Shown here one piece after another: positions 29,239-37,875 of a stretch of DNA of 64,000 bases; within the stretch, counting starts at the first letter, position 1; each line of letters opens with the position of its first letter. The notes beneath the pieces were generated by a model, which searched no databases, had not been told where the DNA came from, and saw only the letters and a program-made list of their open reading frames with translations. The position numbers were made by a program, and so were the translations under genes. Origin of the DNA: Candidatus Siliceabacter maunaloa (GTDB lineage: Bacteria; Actinomycetota; Thermoleophilia; Solirubrobacterales; Solirubrobacteraceae); NCBI GenBank assembly GCA_024330185.1, contig JANDLV010000011.1:19081-83080 (forward strand), read 5' to 3'.

Positions 29239-30711
29239 TCACCCCTCGCCGCGCAGGGCAGCGCGGCGGACCTTGCCGCTCGCGGTCTTGGGCAGGTCGT
29301 CGGCGAAGTCGATCACGCGGGGGTACTTGTAGGGCGCGGTGTGGGCCCTGACGTGGGCCTGCAGCTCGCGGGCCAGCGCGTCGGAGCGCTCATGGCCCTC
29401 ACGCAGGACGACGACCGCGCGCACTACCGCGCCGCGCTCCTCGTCGGGCGCGGCGACCACCGCGGCCTCCGCCACGGCGTAGTGGGCGACCAGGGCCGAC
29501 TCGACCTCGAAGGGGCCTATCCGGTAGCCGGAGGAGACGATCAAGTCGTCGTTGCGGCCCTCGAAGAACAGGAATCCGTCCTCGTCCTCATGCACGCGGT
29601 CGCCGGTTCGCCAGATCCCGGTGGGTGCCGCCTCGCCCACCGCCTCGGCCACCCCCTCGCCCACCCCCTCGGTCAAGTACTCCAGGAAGAACGTGGGGAA
29701 CGTCGTCGGGTCGCCGACCAGCTCGCCGTCGGCCACCCAGAGCGACACCCCCGGCAGCGGGCGGCCCATCGAGCCCGGGCGCGCCTCCTCGCCCACGAGG
29801 TTGCCGGTGAGCTGCCCGGTCTCGGTCTGGCCGTAGCCGTCGCGGATGCGCAAGCCGGTGGCGTCCTCCCAGGCGCGCAGCACCTCGGGGTTCAGCGCCT
29901 CCCCGGCGGCCACCAGCGAGCGTAGGCCCTCGACAGGGCCCAGCCGCGCCGCGCGCTTGGCGATGACCCGGTACTCCGTGGGCGCCATGCACAGCACGCC
30001 GACGCGCTCGCGAGCCAGGATCTCCAGCCGTTGCTGGGGGTCGAAGCGCTCGTCGTGCAACAGCGCCGCCGCGCCACGCAGCCACGGCGCGACGAAGACG
30101 TTGCGCGCCGACTTGGACCACCCCGACGCCGCGGTGCACCACACCAGCTCGCCCTCGCGCGCGCCGAGCCAGTGCTCGGCCTGCACGCGCTGGCCGGCCA
30201 GGTAGCGCTGGGCGTGCAGGACCGCCTTGGGCTGCCCCGCGGTCCCCGAGGTGAAGGTTATGAGGCACGGGTCCTGCGGCGCCAGGTCCACCGCGGGCGG
30301 TGGGTCGCCGGCGTAGAGCCCCTCGTCGGGCGTCGTCAGCACCAGCCCCTGGGGCGCCGAGGCCTCCAACTCGGCACGGTTGCGCTCGTCGGCCAGCACC
30401 ACCTTGGGCCGGGCGACCTCCAGGCGCAGCGCCAGGTCCTTGGCCCGAAGCTGCTCGGTGCAGGGCAGCACGACGGCCCCGATGCGAAAGCAGGCGACCA
30501 TCGCGCACACCCAGTCGGGCCGGTTGCCGATGAGGGTCATCACGGTGTCGCCCGGCCCGACGCCGCGCTGCACCAGCGTCCCGGCCAGGCGCGCCGACCG
30601 GTCGGCGACCTCCGCGAAGCTCCACTCCCGCCGCGTGCCGTCGCGCGCGAGCTCCACCAGCGCGAGCCGGTCGGGAGGGGCGGCGTCGACCACGTCGCGG
30701 GCGAAGTTCAT
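29239..30711 (-). CDS. AMP-forming acyl-CoA synthetase/ligase
   Basis: Homology starts at ATG 30711 (MNFARDVV) inside ORF 29239..31125. Motifs: FTSGTAGQPKAV, GYGQTE, WRTGD, PKTASGKVRR. Confidence 0.8.
   Translation of the reverse strand: MNFARDVVDAAPPDRLALVELARDGTRREWSFAEVADRSARLAGTLVQRGVGPGDTVMTLIGNRPDWVCAMVACFRIGAVVLPCTEQLRAKDLALRLEVARPKVVLADERNRAELEASAPQGLVLTTPDEGLYAGDPPPAVDLAPQDPCLITFTSGTAGQPKAVLHAQRYLAGQRVQAEHWLGAREGELVWCTAASGWSKSARNVFVAPWLRGAAALLHDERFDPQQRLEILARERVGVLCMAPTEYRVIAKRAARLGPVEGLRSLVAAGEALNPEVLRAWEDATGLRIRDGYGQTETGQLTGNLVGEEARPGSMGRPLPGVSLWVADGELVGDPTTFPTFFLEYLTEGVGEGVAEAVGEAAPTGIWRTGDRVHEDEDGFLFFEGRNDDLIVSSGYRIGPFEVESALVAHYAVAEAAVVAAPDEERGAVVRAVVVLREGHERSDALARELQAHVRAHTAPYKYPRVIDFADDLPKTASGKVRRAALRGEG
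29631..29678. repeat. imperfect 12-bp tandem repeat x4, in frame in the acyl-CoA synthetase
   Basis: The units are cctcgcccaccg, cctcggccaccc, cctcgcccaccc and cctcggtcaagt. They encode the low-complexity TEGVGEGVAEAVGEAA just before the WRTGD motif. Confidence 0.7.
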
Positions 30712-30753
30712 CGGCCGGCACGCTACCCGCCGCGGGCGCGGTAAGCTGTTGGT

Positions 30754-30987
30754 ATGCAATCGGAGCGTGTGACCGTCACCATGCCCGCCGACGTCGCCAA
30801 GGCTGCGCGAGAGCGGGTGGAAGCCGGGGAGAGCCGGTCGTTGAGCGCCTTCGTCGCCGAGGCCGTGGAGGAGAAGGCGAAGCGAGAGACGTTGCGTGAG
30901 GTTCTCGACGACATCCGGGGCGAGATCGGCCCCCCGGGTCCCGAGGCGGAGGCGTGGGCCGACCGCGTCCTCGGTCGCCTGCGCTGA
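30754..30987 (+). CDS. vapB: ribbon-helix-helix antitoxin (VapB/CopG-like)
   Basis: 77 aa. RVTVTMPADVAKAARERVEAGESRSLSAFV is an RHH pattern. It overlaps the downstream PIN gene. Confidence 0.7.
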   Translation: MQSERVTVTMPADVAKAARERVEAGESRSLSAFVAEAVEEKAKRETLREVLDDIRGEIGPPGPEAEAWADRVLGRLR

Positions 30988-31352
30988 TCCTCGACGCCGG
31001 TGCGCTGATCGCCTACGAGCGCGGCGACCAGGAGGTCGTGACGCTGCTCGAGGGATCAGAGCGTGAGGGCGTGAGCGTGACGATTCCGGCGGGCGTGCTC
31101 GCGCAGGCGTGGCGCGACGGCGCACGTCAGGCGCGCCTGGCCCGGCTCGTCGGCGCCGAGGATGTCATGGTTGTCCCGCTCGACGAGCCCGTCGCCAAGG
31201 CGGTCGGGAGCCTGTGCGCATCGACCGGTACCAGCGATCTCGTCGATGCCTCGGTCGTCATCGCCGCGCAGGCGACCGGCGGTCTAGTCCTCACCTCCGA
31301 CCCTGGCGACCTGCGCCGCCTCGACCCCTCGCTGCCGCTGGAGCGGGTCTGA
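30954..31352 (+). CDS. vapC: PIN-domain toxin VapC
   Basis: LILDAGALIAYERGD, DLVDASVVIAAQ and LVLTSDPGDL supply the acidic PIN residues. The start is uncertain (GTG 30954). Confidence 0.75.
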   Translation: MGRPRPRSPALILDAGALIAYERGDQEVVTLLEGSEREGVSVTIPAGVLAQAWRDGARQARLARLVGAEDVMVVPLDEPVAKAVGSLCASTGTSDLVDASVVIAAQATGGLVLTSDPGDLRRLDPSLPLERV

Positions 31353-31368
31353 CCATATCCTCGTCGCC

Positions 31369-32595
31369 ATGGCCACAGCGACACCGGACACCTACACCGA
31401 GAAGACCGACGAGCAGAAGGCCATCATCGAGATGGTCCGCCAGTTCGCCGACGAGCAGATCATCCCCAACGCCGAGCACTACGACCACGAGGACGAGTTC
31501 CCCGAGCCGATCGTCGAGCAGATGAGGGAGCTGGGGCTGTTCGGCGTGACCATCCCCGAGGAGTACGGCGGGATGGGTCTGGACCTCACGACCTACGTGA
31601 TGATCGTCGAGGAGCTGTCGCGCGGCTGGATCTCCATCAGCGGGATTATCAACACCCACTTCATCGGTTCCTACCTGCTCATGAAGTTCGGCACCGACGA
31701 GCAGAAGCAGCGCTGGCTGCCGCGCATGGCCACGGGCGAGATCCGCGCCGCGTTCAGCCTCTCCGAGCCCGAGGTGGGCTCCGACGTGCAGGCCATCAAG
31801 ACGAGCGCCAAGAAGGTCGACGACAGCGAACCGGCCATGTACGAGATCAACGGCCAGAAGATGTGGGTCACCAACGGCCTCATGTCCGGCCTGGTCTTCG
31901 TGCTGGTCAAGACCGACCCCGACGCCGACCCGCGCCACCGCGGCATGACCTGCTTCGTCGCCGAGAAGGAGCCGGGCGTCGGCGAGAACACGGGCGAGTA
32001 CGCGGGCTTCACCGTGCCGCCCAAGCTCAAGAAGATGGGCTACAAGGGCGTCGAGTCCACCGAGCTGGTCTTCGACGGCTACCGCTGCCCGGCCGAGAAC
32101 GTGCTGGGCGGGGAGCAGGCCGGCCTCAACAAGGGCTTCGCGCAGATGATGGACGCGCTGGAGGTGGGCCGGGCCAACGTGGCCGCCCGTGGCGTGGGAA
32201 TCGCCCAGCGGGCCCTGGAGCTGGCGCTGCGCTACAGCCAGGAGCGCAAGACATTCGGCAAGCCGATCGCCGAGCACCAGGCCATCCAGTTCAAGCTGGC
32301 CGACATGGCCACCCAGATCGAGGCCGCACGCCTGCTCACGCTGAAGTCGGCGCGCCTCAAGGACGCCGGCGAGCGGTCGGACCTCGAGGCGGGCATGGCC
32401 AAGCTGTTCGCCTCGGAGGCAGGGCGCTTCTGCGTCGAGGAGTCCTTCCGCATCCACGGCGGCTACGGCTACTCCAAGGAGTACGAGATCGAGCGTCTCT
32501 ACCGCGACGCGCCGCTGCTGCTCATCGGCGAGGGCACGTCGGAGATCCAGCGGATGGTCATCGGCAAGAAGCTCCTGTCGCGGCACAAGATCTGA
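31369..32595 (+). CDS. acyl-CoA dehydrogenase
   Basis: 408 aa with AFSLSEPEVGSDV, YKGVESTELVFD, and the GEGTSEIQRMVIGK catalytic-Glu region. Confidence 0.9.
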   Translation: MATATPDTYTEKTDEQKAIIEMVRQFADEQIIPNAEHYDHEDEFPEPIVEQMRELGLFGVTIPEEYGGMGLDLTTYVMIVEELSRGWISISGIINTHFIGSYLLMKFGTDEQKQRWLPRMATGEIRAAFSLSEPEVGSDVQAIKTSAKKVDDSEPAMYEINGQKMWVTNGLMSGLVFVLVKTDPDADPRHRGMTCFVAEKEPGVGENTGEYAGFTVPPKLKKMGYKGVESTELVFDGYRCPAENVLGGEQAGLNKGFAQMMDALEVGRANVAARGVGIAQRALELALRYSQERKTFGKPIAEHQAIQFKLADMATQIEAARLLTLKSARLKDAGERSDLEAGMAKLFASEAGRFCVEESFRIHGGYGYSKEYEIERLYRDAPLLLIGEGTSEIQRMVIGKKLLSRHKI

Positions 32596-32662
32596 TGTCT
32601 GACGTCCGGAGACCGTCAGCCGGCGTCAAAACGCGGCGCTGGATGCCCCGCGGAGCACTCTG

Positions 32663-33040
32663 ATGGCCCCCGACGACGCCAAGGTCCTCCTCGAGGAGGC
32701 GGTCACCCGCTTCCTCGACGAGGTGCCCACCTTCAAGCAGATGAAGCTGGTGGCCGGGGTGGACCTGCGGGGCCGTGGCGATACGCAACAGTACCGCGTG
32801 GAGCTCCCCGGCCCGAAGGTCACCAAGGACATCGCGCCCGACGCGCGGGTGCGCGTGGAGATGCCGCGCGCGTTCTTCAACGTGATGGCCCGCGAGGCCG
32901 GGGTCTCCGACTGGGTCGAGGCCTTCACCTACGGCCAGGCCAAGGCCACCGGGAGCGCCGAGATCCTCAAGCTGATCCAGCACGTGGTGCAGCGCCACGA
33001 GGAGCGCGCACGGACCCGCCGCAGCCGTTCGCACGAGTAG
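32663..33040 (+). CDS. SCP2 sterol-binding-domain protein
   Basis: 125 aa. The call rests on an SCP2-like pattern and its position directly after the ACAD. It is a moderate-confidence family call. Confidence 0.55.
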   Translation: MAPDDAKVLLEEAVTRFLDEVPTFKQMKLVAGVDLRGRGDTQQYRVELPGPKVTKDIAPDARVRVEMPRAFFNVMAREAGVSDWVEAFTYGQAKATGSAEILKLIQHVVQRHEERARTRRSRSHE

Positions 33041-33181
33041 CTCCAGCGTGAAGCGGTCCCAGCCGCGGCGGTGGGCGGCCACCAGCGTCGCCCCCTCGAG
33101 AGCCGCCGCGATATCGCCGGGGCGGTGAGGTCTGCAGACGACCGTGGCGCGCTGCAACGTCCACGCGGGAGCGCCCCGAGC

Positions 33182-33862
33182 TCAGCGCGTCAGCACGGCC
33201 GAGCACTCCTCGGCCAGGGCTCGGGTCGCCCCCTCGAGGACCTGATCGCGCCACTGCTGGTAGACGACCACGGGGATGTCGTGTTCGCGGCAGACGTCCG
33301 CCACCGTACGGTCGTCGCGCTCGACGGCGAGGACGATGCCGAGCCGCTCCTCGGGGCCCAGCGAGCGCGGGCCGTCAGCGTGGGCCACGCGTGGCGGCAG
33401 CGGATCGTCGCGGACGATGCGTCCGCCGCGAAAGCTGGTCGCCGCGATCACCAGCCCGGCGCTCACCACGATCACGTCCTTGATGACGTACTGGCCCTCG
33501 AGCGTGGGGGCCAGGCCCGTGAACAGGCGATCGGTCAGCAGCACCAGCGGCGACAGGATGCCGACGAGCAGGACAGCCAGCAGCCAGATCCCCAGTCGCA
33601 TCCCGCGGCCGGTCAACAGGCACAGGCCTATGAGGCACTCCACGGTGGCGACGAAGACCAGTCCTGCCCAGTCCGGCACGAGGCCGAAGGTCAACAGGCT
33701 CATCGTGGTCACCACCAGATCCTCGGCCGGGCTCACGCCCGGGAGGTACTTCAAGACCCCGAAGCCCAGGAATATCGCCCCCACCGAGATCCGGAGGGCC
33801 ATCGCGCTGTGGCCGACCAGCCAGAGGTGCAGCGCGTTCTCGACGGCGATGATTCGTCGCAT
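33182..33862 (-). CDS. DoxX/DUF417-like 4-TM membrane protein fused to an IS3/IS911-type HTH domain
   Basis: The N-terminal ~150 aa contain four hydrophobic helices. The C-terminal EERLGIVLAVERDDRTVADVCREHDIPVVVYQQWRDQVLEG resembles the transposase orfA HTH. Confidence 0.6.
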   Translation of the reverse strand: MRRIIAVENALHLWLVGHSAMALRISVGAIFLGFGVLKYLPGVSPAEDLVVTTMSLLTFGLVPDWAGLVFVATVECLIGLCLLTGRGMRLGIWLLAVLLVGILSPLVLLTDRLFTGLAPTLEGQYVIKDVIVVSAGLVIAATSFRGGRIVRDDPLPPRVAHADGPRSLGPEERLGIVLAVERDDRTVADVCREHDIPVVVYQQWRDQVLEGATRALAEECSAVLTR

Positions 33863-33954
33863 CTCGGCTGCTGCGGTGTGGCCCCTGCGTCCGGGTCACC
33901 CGACCGCGAACGATTTACCCAACTCTTAGTTGCGGGGCGCAGGCCGGTCGGCCC

Positions 33955-34200
33955 CTACAGCTCCGCTCCGTCCTCGTAGAGCTTGAGCACCCGCACCGCG
34001 CCCGGGGGGGACGCGTCGAGGCACAGGCGGCAGAGCACGCACTCGTCCACGTTGTCCTCGACGATCCTCACGCCGCCGCCGTCCTCGGCGGCCGCGTAGA
34101 TGTCGACCGGGCAGACCTCCTCGAGCCTCGCGGCCAGGTCGGGATCGGCGGCGTGGTCGTCGGCCACCTCGATGCCGATGAACAGGGCGTCGGTCCTCAT
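33955..34200 (-). CDS. small ferredoxin-like protein with one CP...CxxCxxC cluster site
   Basis: 81 aa starting at ATG 34200 inside ORF 33955..34437. The only Cys residues are in EVCPVD and DECVLCRLC. Its ATG overlaps the TGA of the upstream ligase (ATGA). Confidence 0.6.
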   Translation of the reverse strand: MRTDALFIGIEVADDHAADPDLAARLEEVCPVDIYAAAEDGGGVRIVEDNVDECVLCRLCLDASPPGAVRVLKLYEDGAEL

Positions 34201-36410
34201 GGGGCGGCCTCCTCGCCGAGCTTCGCCTTCACCGCGTCCGGGATCTGGTCGATGCGCTCGACGACCTGAATTCCCGCCTCCTGCAGCCGCTCGATCTTCT
34301 GGGCGGCCGTGTCCTCCTCGCCCTCGACGATCGTGCCGGCGTGGCCGAAGGACATGCCCTTCATCTCCTCGGAGTCCATGAACCGCCCGGCCATGAAGGC
34401 GACGATGGGCAGGCGCGAGTCGTTGTCGGCCACCCACTGGGAGAGCTGGGCCTCCATCCGCCCGCCCGGCTCGGTGTAGATGACGATGGCCTCCGTCTGC
34501 TCGTCGGCCTCGAAGAGCGGCATGAGCTCGGCGTAGGTCGAGCCGATGATCGCGTCGCCGCCGATGGAGATAGCCGTCGAGACGCCCAGGCCGGCGGCGG
34601 TCAGGGTGGAGGAGATCTCCGTGGTCATGCCGCCCGAGCGCGACATCACGCCCACGCGGCCTGGCTGGTAGGCCTTCGCGGCGTCCTGCGCTGGCCCGCC
34701 GATGCCGCCCATCTTGGCCACGCCGGGGACGATCAGGCCCAGGCAGTTGGGGCCGATGATGCGCGCGCCGTAGAGGTTGGCCAGCTCGACCATCTGCGCG
34801 ACGTCACGGCGCGGGATGCGCTCGGTGACGACTACGATCAGGCCGATGCCGGCCAGGATGGCCTCGAAGACCGCGTCCTTGGTGAAGGCGGGCGGGACGG
34901 TCACCACCGACCCGTCGGGCGCCTGCCCGCCGTTGTGCTCGACGACCTGGCCGATGGTGTCGAAGACCGGCACGCCGTGGACCTCGCGGCCCTCGCGCCC
35001 CGGCGTCACGCCGCCGACGATCTTCGCGCCGTAGTCCAGGCACTCCCGTGTGAGGTTGACCGCCTCGCGCCCGGTGATGCCCTGGACGATGAAGGTGGTG
35101 TCCTCGCGGACGAGGATGCCCCGCGGGGCATCCTGCCCCTTGGTCTGATGAGGAGCTCGGCCTCCGGGCTCGCTTGACCGGGGCTTCGCCCCTCCTCCCG
35201 TGGCGTCGCCCTTGAGCTTCTCCACGGCCCGCTGCGCCGCCTCGTGCAGGGAGACCGAGCGGTCGAAGTGCTCGACGCCGTAGCGGCGCAGGATCTTGAA
35301 GCCCTCCTCCTCCCAGGCGCCGGGGATGCGGAAGACCGCGATCGTCTGCGCCGGGTCCCTGCCAAGCTCCAGGCAGGCCTTGATCACGCCGCGCGCGACG
35401 ATGTCGACGCGGGTGTTGGAGACGATCGACATCATCACCGCGATCGTCTCCACGCCGTCCTTCTGGAGCACCGCCTTGGCCAGCCCGCAGGCCTTGGCCA
35501 CCGACGGGTTGCCGCCGATCTCCGAGTAGTTCGCCGGCCTGCCGCCGACCGACTGCACGGCGTCGGTCAGCGTGAGCGAGCCGCCGCCCGCGCCGATGAC
35601 CAGGCCCAGGTCGCCGTGGAAGCCGGCGTCCTGGCCCTGGATCACGCCGCGGTGGTCGGCGCCGTCCACCCGGGCCACCGTCTCCTCGAAGGCGCTGGGA
35701 GTGTGCACGCCGCGGTCCTCGTCGTCGCCGATGCCCAGGTCGCGCAGCAGCGCGCGCTGGCGGCCCTCGGCCTCCTTCTCCATCTCCACGTGCGCGTCCA
35801 GGGCGACGAACGAGCCGTCCTCGAGCTCGGCCAGCGGGTTGATCTCGGCCAGGAGCAGGTCGTTGTCCTGGAACGCGCGGGCCAGGCGGGTGAGGATGGG
35901 CACCAGACGGGTCAGCGCGCGGCCGGTGACCCCCGCCGCGGCGACGGCCTGCTTGGCCTGGAAGTCCTGGGCGGGCAGGAGGCAGGAGAGGCGCTGGCGC
36001 CCGACGTGGTCGGGGTGCTCGCGGGCCACCTGCTCGATGTCGATGCCGCCCATGTCGCTGAACAGCAGCAGCGGGCAGCGCGCGGTCCCGTCCCACACCA
36101 CGCTCGCGTAGTACTCCTGCTTGACCTGCGCGCGCGGGTCGACCAGCACGCCGCGCGGGGTGTGGCCGTTGATCTCCAGCTCCAGGACGTCGGCTGCGTG
36201 GCGCTGGGCCTCCTCGGGCGTGTCGGCGAATTGCACGCCGCCGGCCTTCATGCGCCCGCCGGTGAGCACCTGGGACTTGATGACCGTCGGCCCGCCGATG
36301 CGCTCGGCGACCTTGCGGGCCTCGCCCGCGTCGGTGACGAAGCCGTAGTCGGTGACCGGGATGCCCGCGCGCCTGACGATCTCGCGCGCCTCGTACTCGT
36401 AGAACCTCAT
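34197..36410 (-). CDS. fused succinyl-CoA-synthetase-family ligase (SucC-like ATP-grasp beta part + SucD-like alpha part)
   Basis: 737 aa from ATG 36410 (MRFYEYEAREIV). The beta part carries VIKSQVLTGGRMKAGGV and ANYSEIGGNPS. A Gly/Pro-rich linker follows. The alpha part carries IVQGITGREA, MSRSGGMTTE and the phosphohistidine motif FGHAGTIV. Confidence 0.85.
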   Translation of the reverse strand: MRFYEYEAREIVRRAGIPVTDYGFVTDAGEARKVAERIGGPTVIKSQVLTGGRMKAGGVQFADTPEEAQRHAADVLELEINGHTPRGVLVDPRAQVKQEYYASVVWDGTARCPLLLFSDMGGIDIEQVAREHPDHVGRQRLSCLLPAQDFQAKQAVAAAGVTGRALTRLVPILTRLARAFQDNDLLLAEINPLAELEDGSFVALDAHVEMEKEAEGRQRALLRDLGIGDDEDRGVHTPSAFEETVARVDGADHRGVIQGQDAGFHGDLGLVIGAGGGSLTLTDAVQSVGGRPANYSEIGGNPSVAKACGLAKAVLQKDGVETIAVMMSIVSNTRVDIVARGVIKACLELGRDPAQTIAVFRIPGAWEEEGFKILRRYGVEHFDRSVSLHEAAQRAVEKLKGDATGGGAKPRSSEPGGRAPHQTKGQDAPRGILVREDTTFIVQGITGREAVNLTRECLDYGAKIVGGVTPGREGREVHGVPVFDTIGQVVEHNGGQAPDGSVVTVPPAFTKDAVFEAILAGIGLIVVVTERIPRRDVAQMVELANLYGARIIGPNCLGLIVPGVAKMGGIGGPAQDAAKAYQPGRVGVMSRSGGMTTEISSTLTAAGLGVSTAISIGGDAIIGSTYAELMPLFEADEQTEAIVIYTEPGGRMEAQLSQWVADNDSRLPIVAFMAGRFMDSEEMKGMSFGHAGTIVEGEEDTAAQKIERLQEAGIQVVERIDQIPDAVKAKLGEEAAP

Positions 36411-36481
36411 AGCGCGCGCCACCCTACCCATCGCGTGCACGAGGAGGACTGCCGGCGGCAGGCCGGGCATCCTCTAGGGCG

Positions 36482-37051
36482 ATGCCGCCCCTGCGTGCCT
36501 CCGACCGCGACCGCGATGTCGTCGTCGACCGCCTCCGGGTCCATCATCTCGCGGGGCGCCTGACGGTCGAGGAACTGGAGGAACGCGTCGCCCGAGCGCA
36601 CGCCGCGGTCACGCTCGCCGACCTTGACGCGCTGCAGGAGGATCTGCCGGACGTCGCCAAGGCCCCGGTGCCGCGCACGGCCGGCTCTTCGGTCCCGCGC
36701 ATGCCCGGGCACGGGACCTTCAGCCAGCGTCGCGAGCTGGCCGTGCCGGTCGAGGTAGCCCGCGAGGACGCGCTGGTGCACCTCCTTCCGGCACTCGCCA
36801 ACCACGGCTACCACCTGGTCAGCTCCACCGATCGTACGCTCAGCTTCGCCGGCTCGGCCCGGCCGGTGTGGACGTACGTCGTGTCGGTGCTGGTGTTCTC
36901 GATCGGCCTGGTCGCTCTCCTGCACACCAGAGCCCACTGGCTGACCCTCGAGTTCCGTGGTCAGGGGCCGGTCGACTCGGTCATGGTCGCCCACGGCGTC
37001 GCTTCCCTGCCGGTGCGCCGGATGTTCGCCCGCCTGGGCGAGGCCGCCTGA
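36482..37051 (+). CDS. DUF1707 (SHOCT-like) domain membrane protein
   Basis: LRASDRDRDVVVDRLRVHHLAGRLTVEELEERVARAHAAVTLADLDALQEDLP is a typical DUF1707 N-terminus. There is a C-terminal hydrophobic segment. Confidence 0.65.
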   Translation: MPPLRASDRDRDVVVDRLRVHHLAGRLTVEELEERVARAHAAVTLADLDALQEDLPDVAKAPVPRTAGSSVPRMPGHGTFSQRRELAVPVEVAREDALVHLLPALANHGYHLVSSTDRTLSFAGSARPVWTYVVSVLVFSIGLVALLHTRAHWLTLEFRGQGPVDSVMVAHGVASLPVRRMFARLGEAA

Positions 37052-37092
37052 GCCGCCCCGGTGCCGGATCCGGGCGCGGTATGGTCACCCAT

Positions 37093-37350
37093 ATGAAGAC
37101 GACCATAGATATTGCCAATGGCCTGCTGGCGCAGGCCAGGGCGCGCGCGCAGGCGGAGGAGACGACGTTGCGCGCGCTGATCGAGGACGGCCTGCGCCGC
37201 GTGCTGGCCGAAGACCGGTCACCGCAGGGGGAGCCCTTCGAGATGGGGACCTGGGGAGAGCCCGGCGACCCCTGGGACGAGGAGGCCGTGCAGGCGATGC
37301 TCAGGCAGCGCGAGCCCCTACCTCCGCCGTGGCGCGAGGACGGGGACTGA
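37093..37350 (+). CDS. vapB: VapB-type antitoxin
   Basis: MKTTIDIANGLLAQARARA is a typical type II antitoxin N-terminus. It is an internal ATG of ORF 36868..37350 (alternative ATG 37081) and sits directly upstream of a PIN gene. Confidence 0.65.
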   Translation: MKTTIDIANGLLAQARARAQAEETTLRALIEDGLRRVLAEDRSPQGEPFEMGTWGEPGDPWDEEAVQAMLRQREPLPPPWREDGD

Positions 37351-37360
37351 CCACCGCGCC

Positions 37361-37795
37361 GTGGTCGCGCTCGACACCAACATCCTCGTCTACGCCTACC
37401 GTCCGGCGAGCCCGCATCACGAGGCCGCTCGACGCGCAGTGCGGGCGGCGCGCGACACCGGCGCGTGGGGCCTTCCCTGGCCGGTCGCGCACGAGTTCGT
37501 GCGGGTCGTGACGGCGGCGGCACCGACAGCCGGCAAGCCGGCGCCGCTGGCGGCCGCCCTGGAGGAGATCGAGGGTCTGCTCAGCCGCGGCGGCGCTGTC
37601 GCGCTGGGCGAGACGCCCGACCACTGGCACCGCCTGCGGACGATCGCCGAGATGGCGAAGGCGTCGGGGTCACGCATCCACGACGCCCGCATCGCGGCGA
37701 TCTGTCTGAGCCACGGCGTGCGCGAGCTGTGGACGGCCGACCGTGACTTCAGCGCGTTCGGTGGGTTGCGGACGCGCAACCCGCTGTCCGGCTGA
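37361..37795 (+). CDS. vapC: PIN-domain toxin VapC
   Basis: VALDTNILVYAY, HDARIAAICLSHG and ELWTADRDF. Confidence 0.8.
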   Translation: MVALDTNILVYAYRPASPHHEAARRAVRAARDTGAWGLPWPVAHEFVRVVTAAAPTAGKPAPLAAALEEIEGLLSRGGAVALGETPDHWHRLRTIAEMAKASGSRIHDARIAAICLSHGVRELWTADRDFSAFGGLRTRNPLSG

Positions 37796-37875
37796 CGTCG
37801 CTCCGTGTGGCGAGTGAGCCGTCGGGAGGGCGAGGGTGCCCGCCATGAGGCCGCCGCCGCTGAGCGGCCTGCAGC

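Noticed and set aside
33182-33400. IS element / mobile_element call based on the IS3-type HTH
   Set aside because: There is no DDE transposase ORF, no frameshift partner and no terminal inverted repeats. Only the HTH-like tail, fused to a membrane protein, is present.
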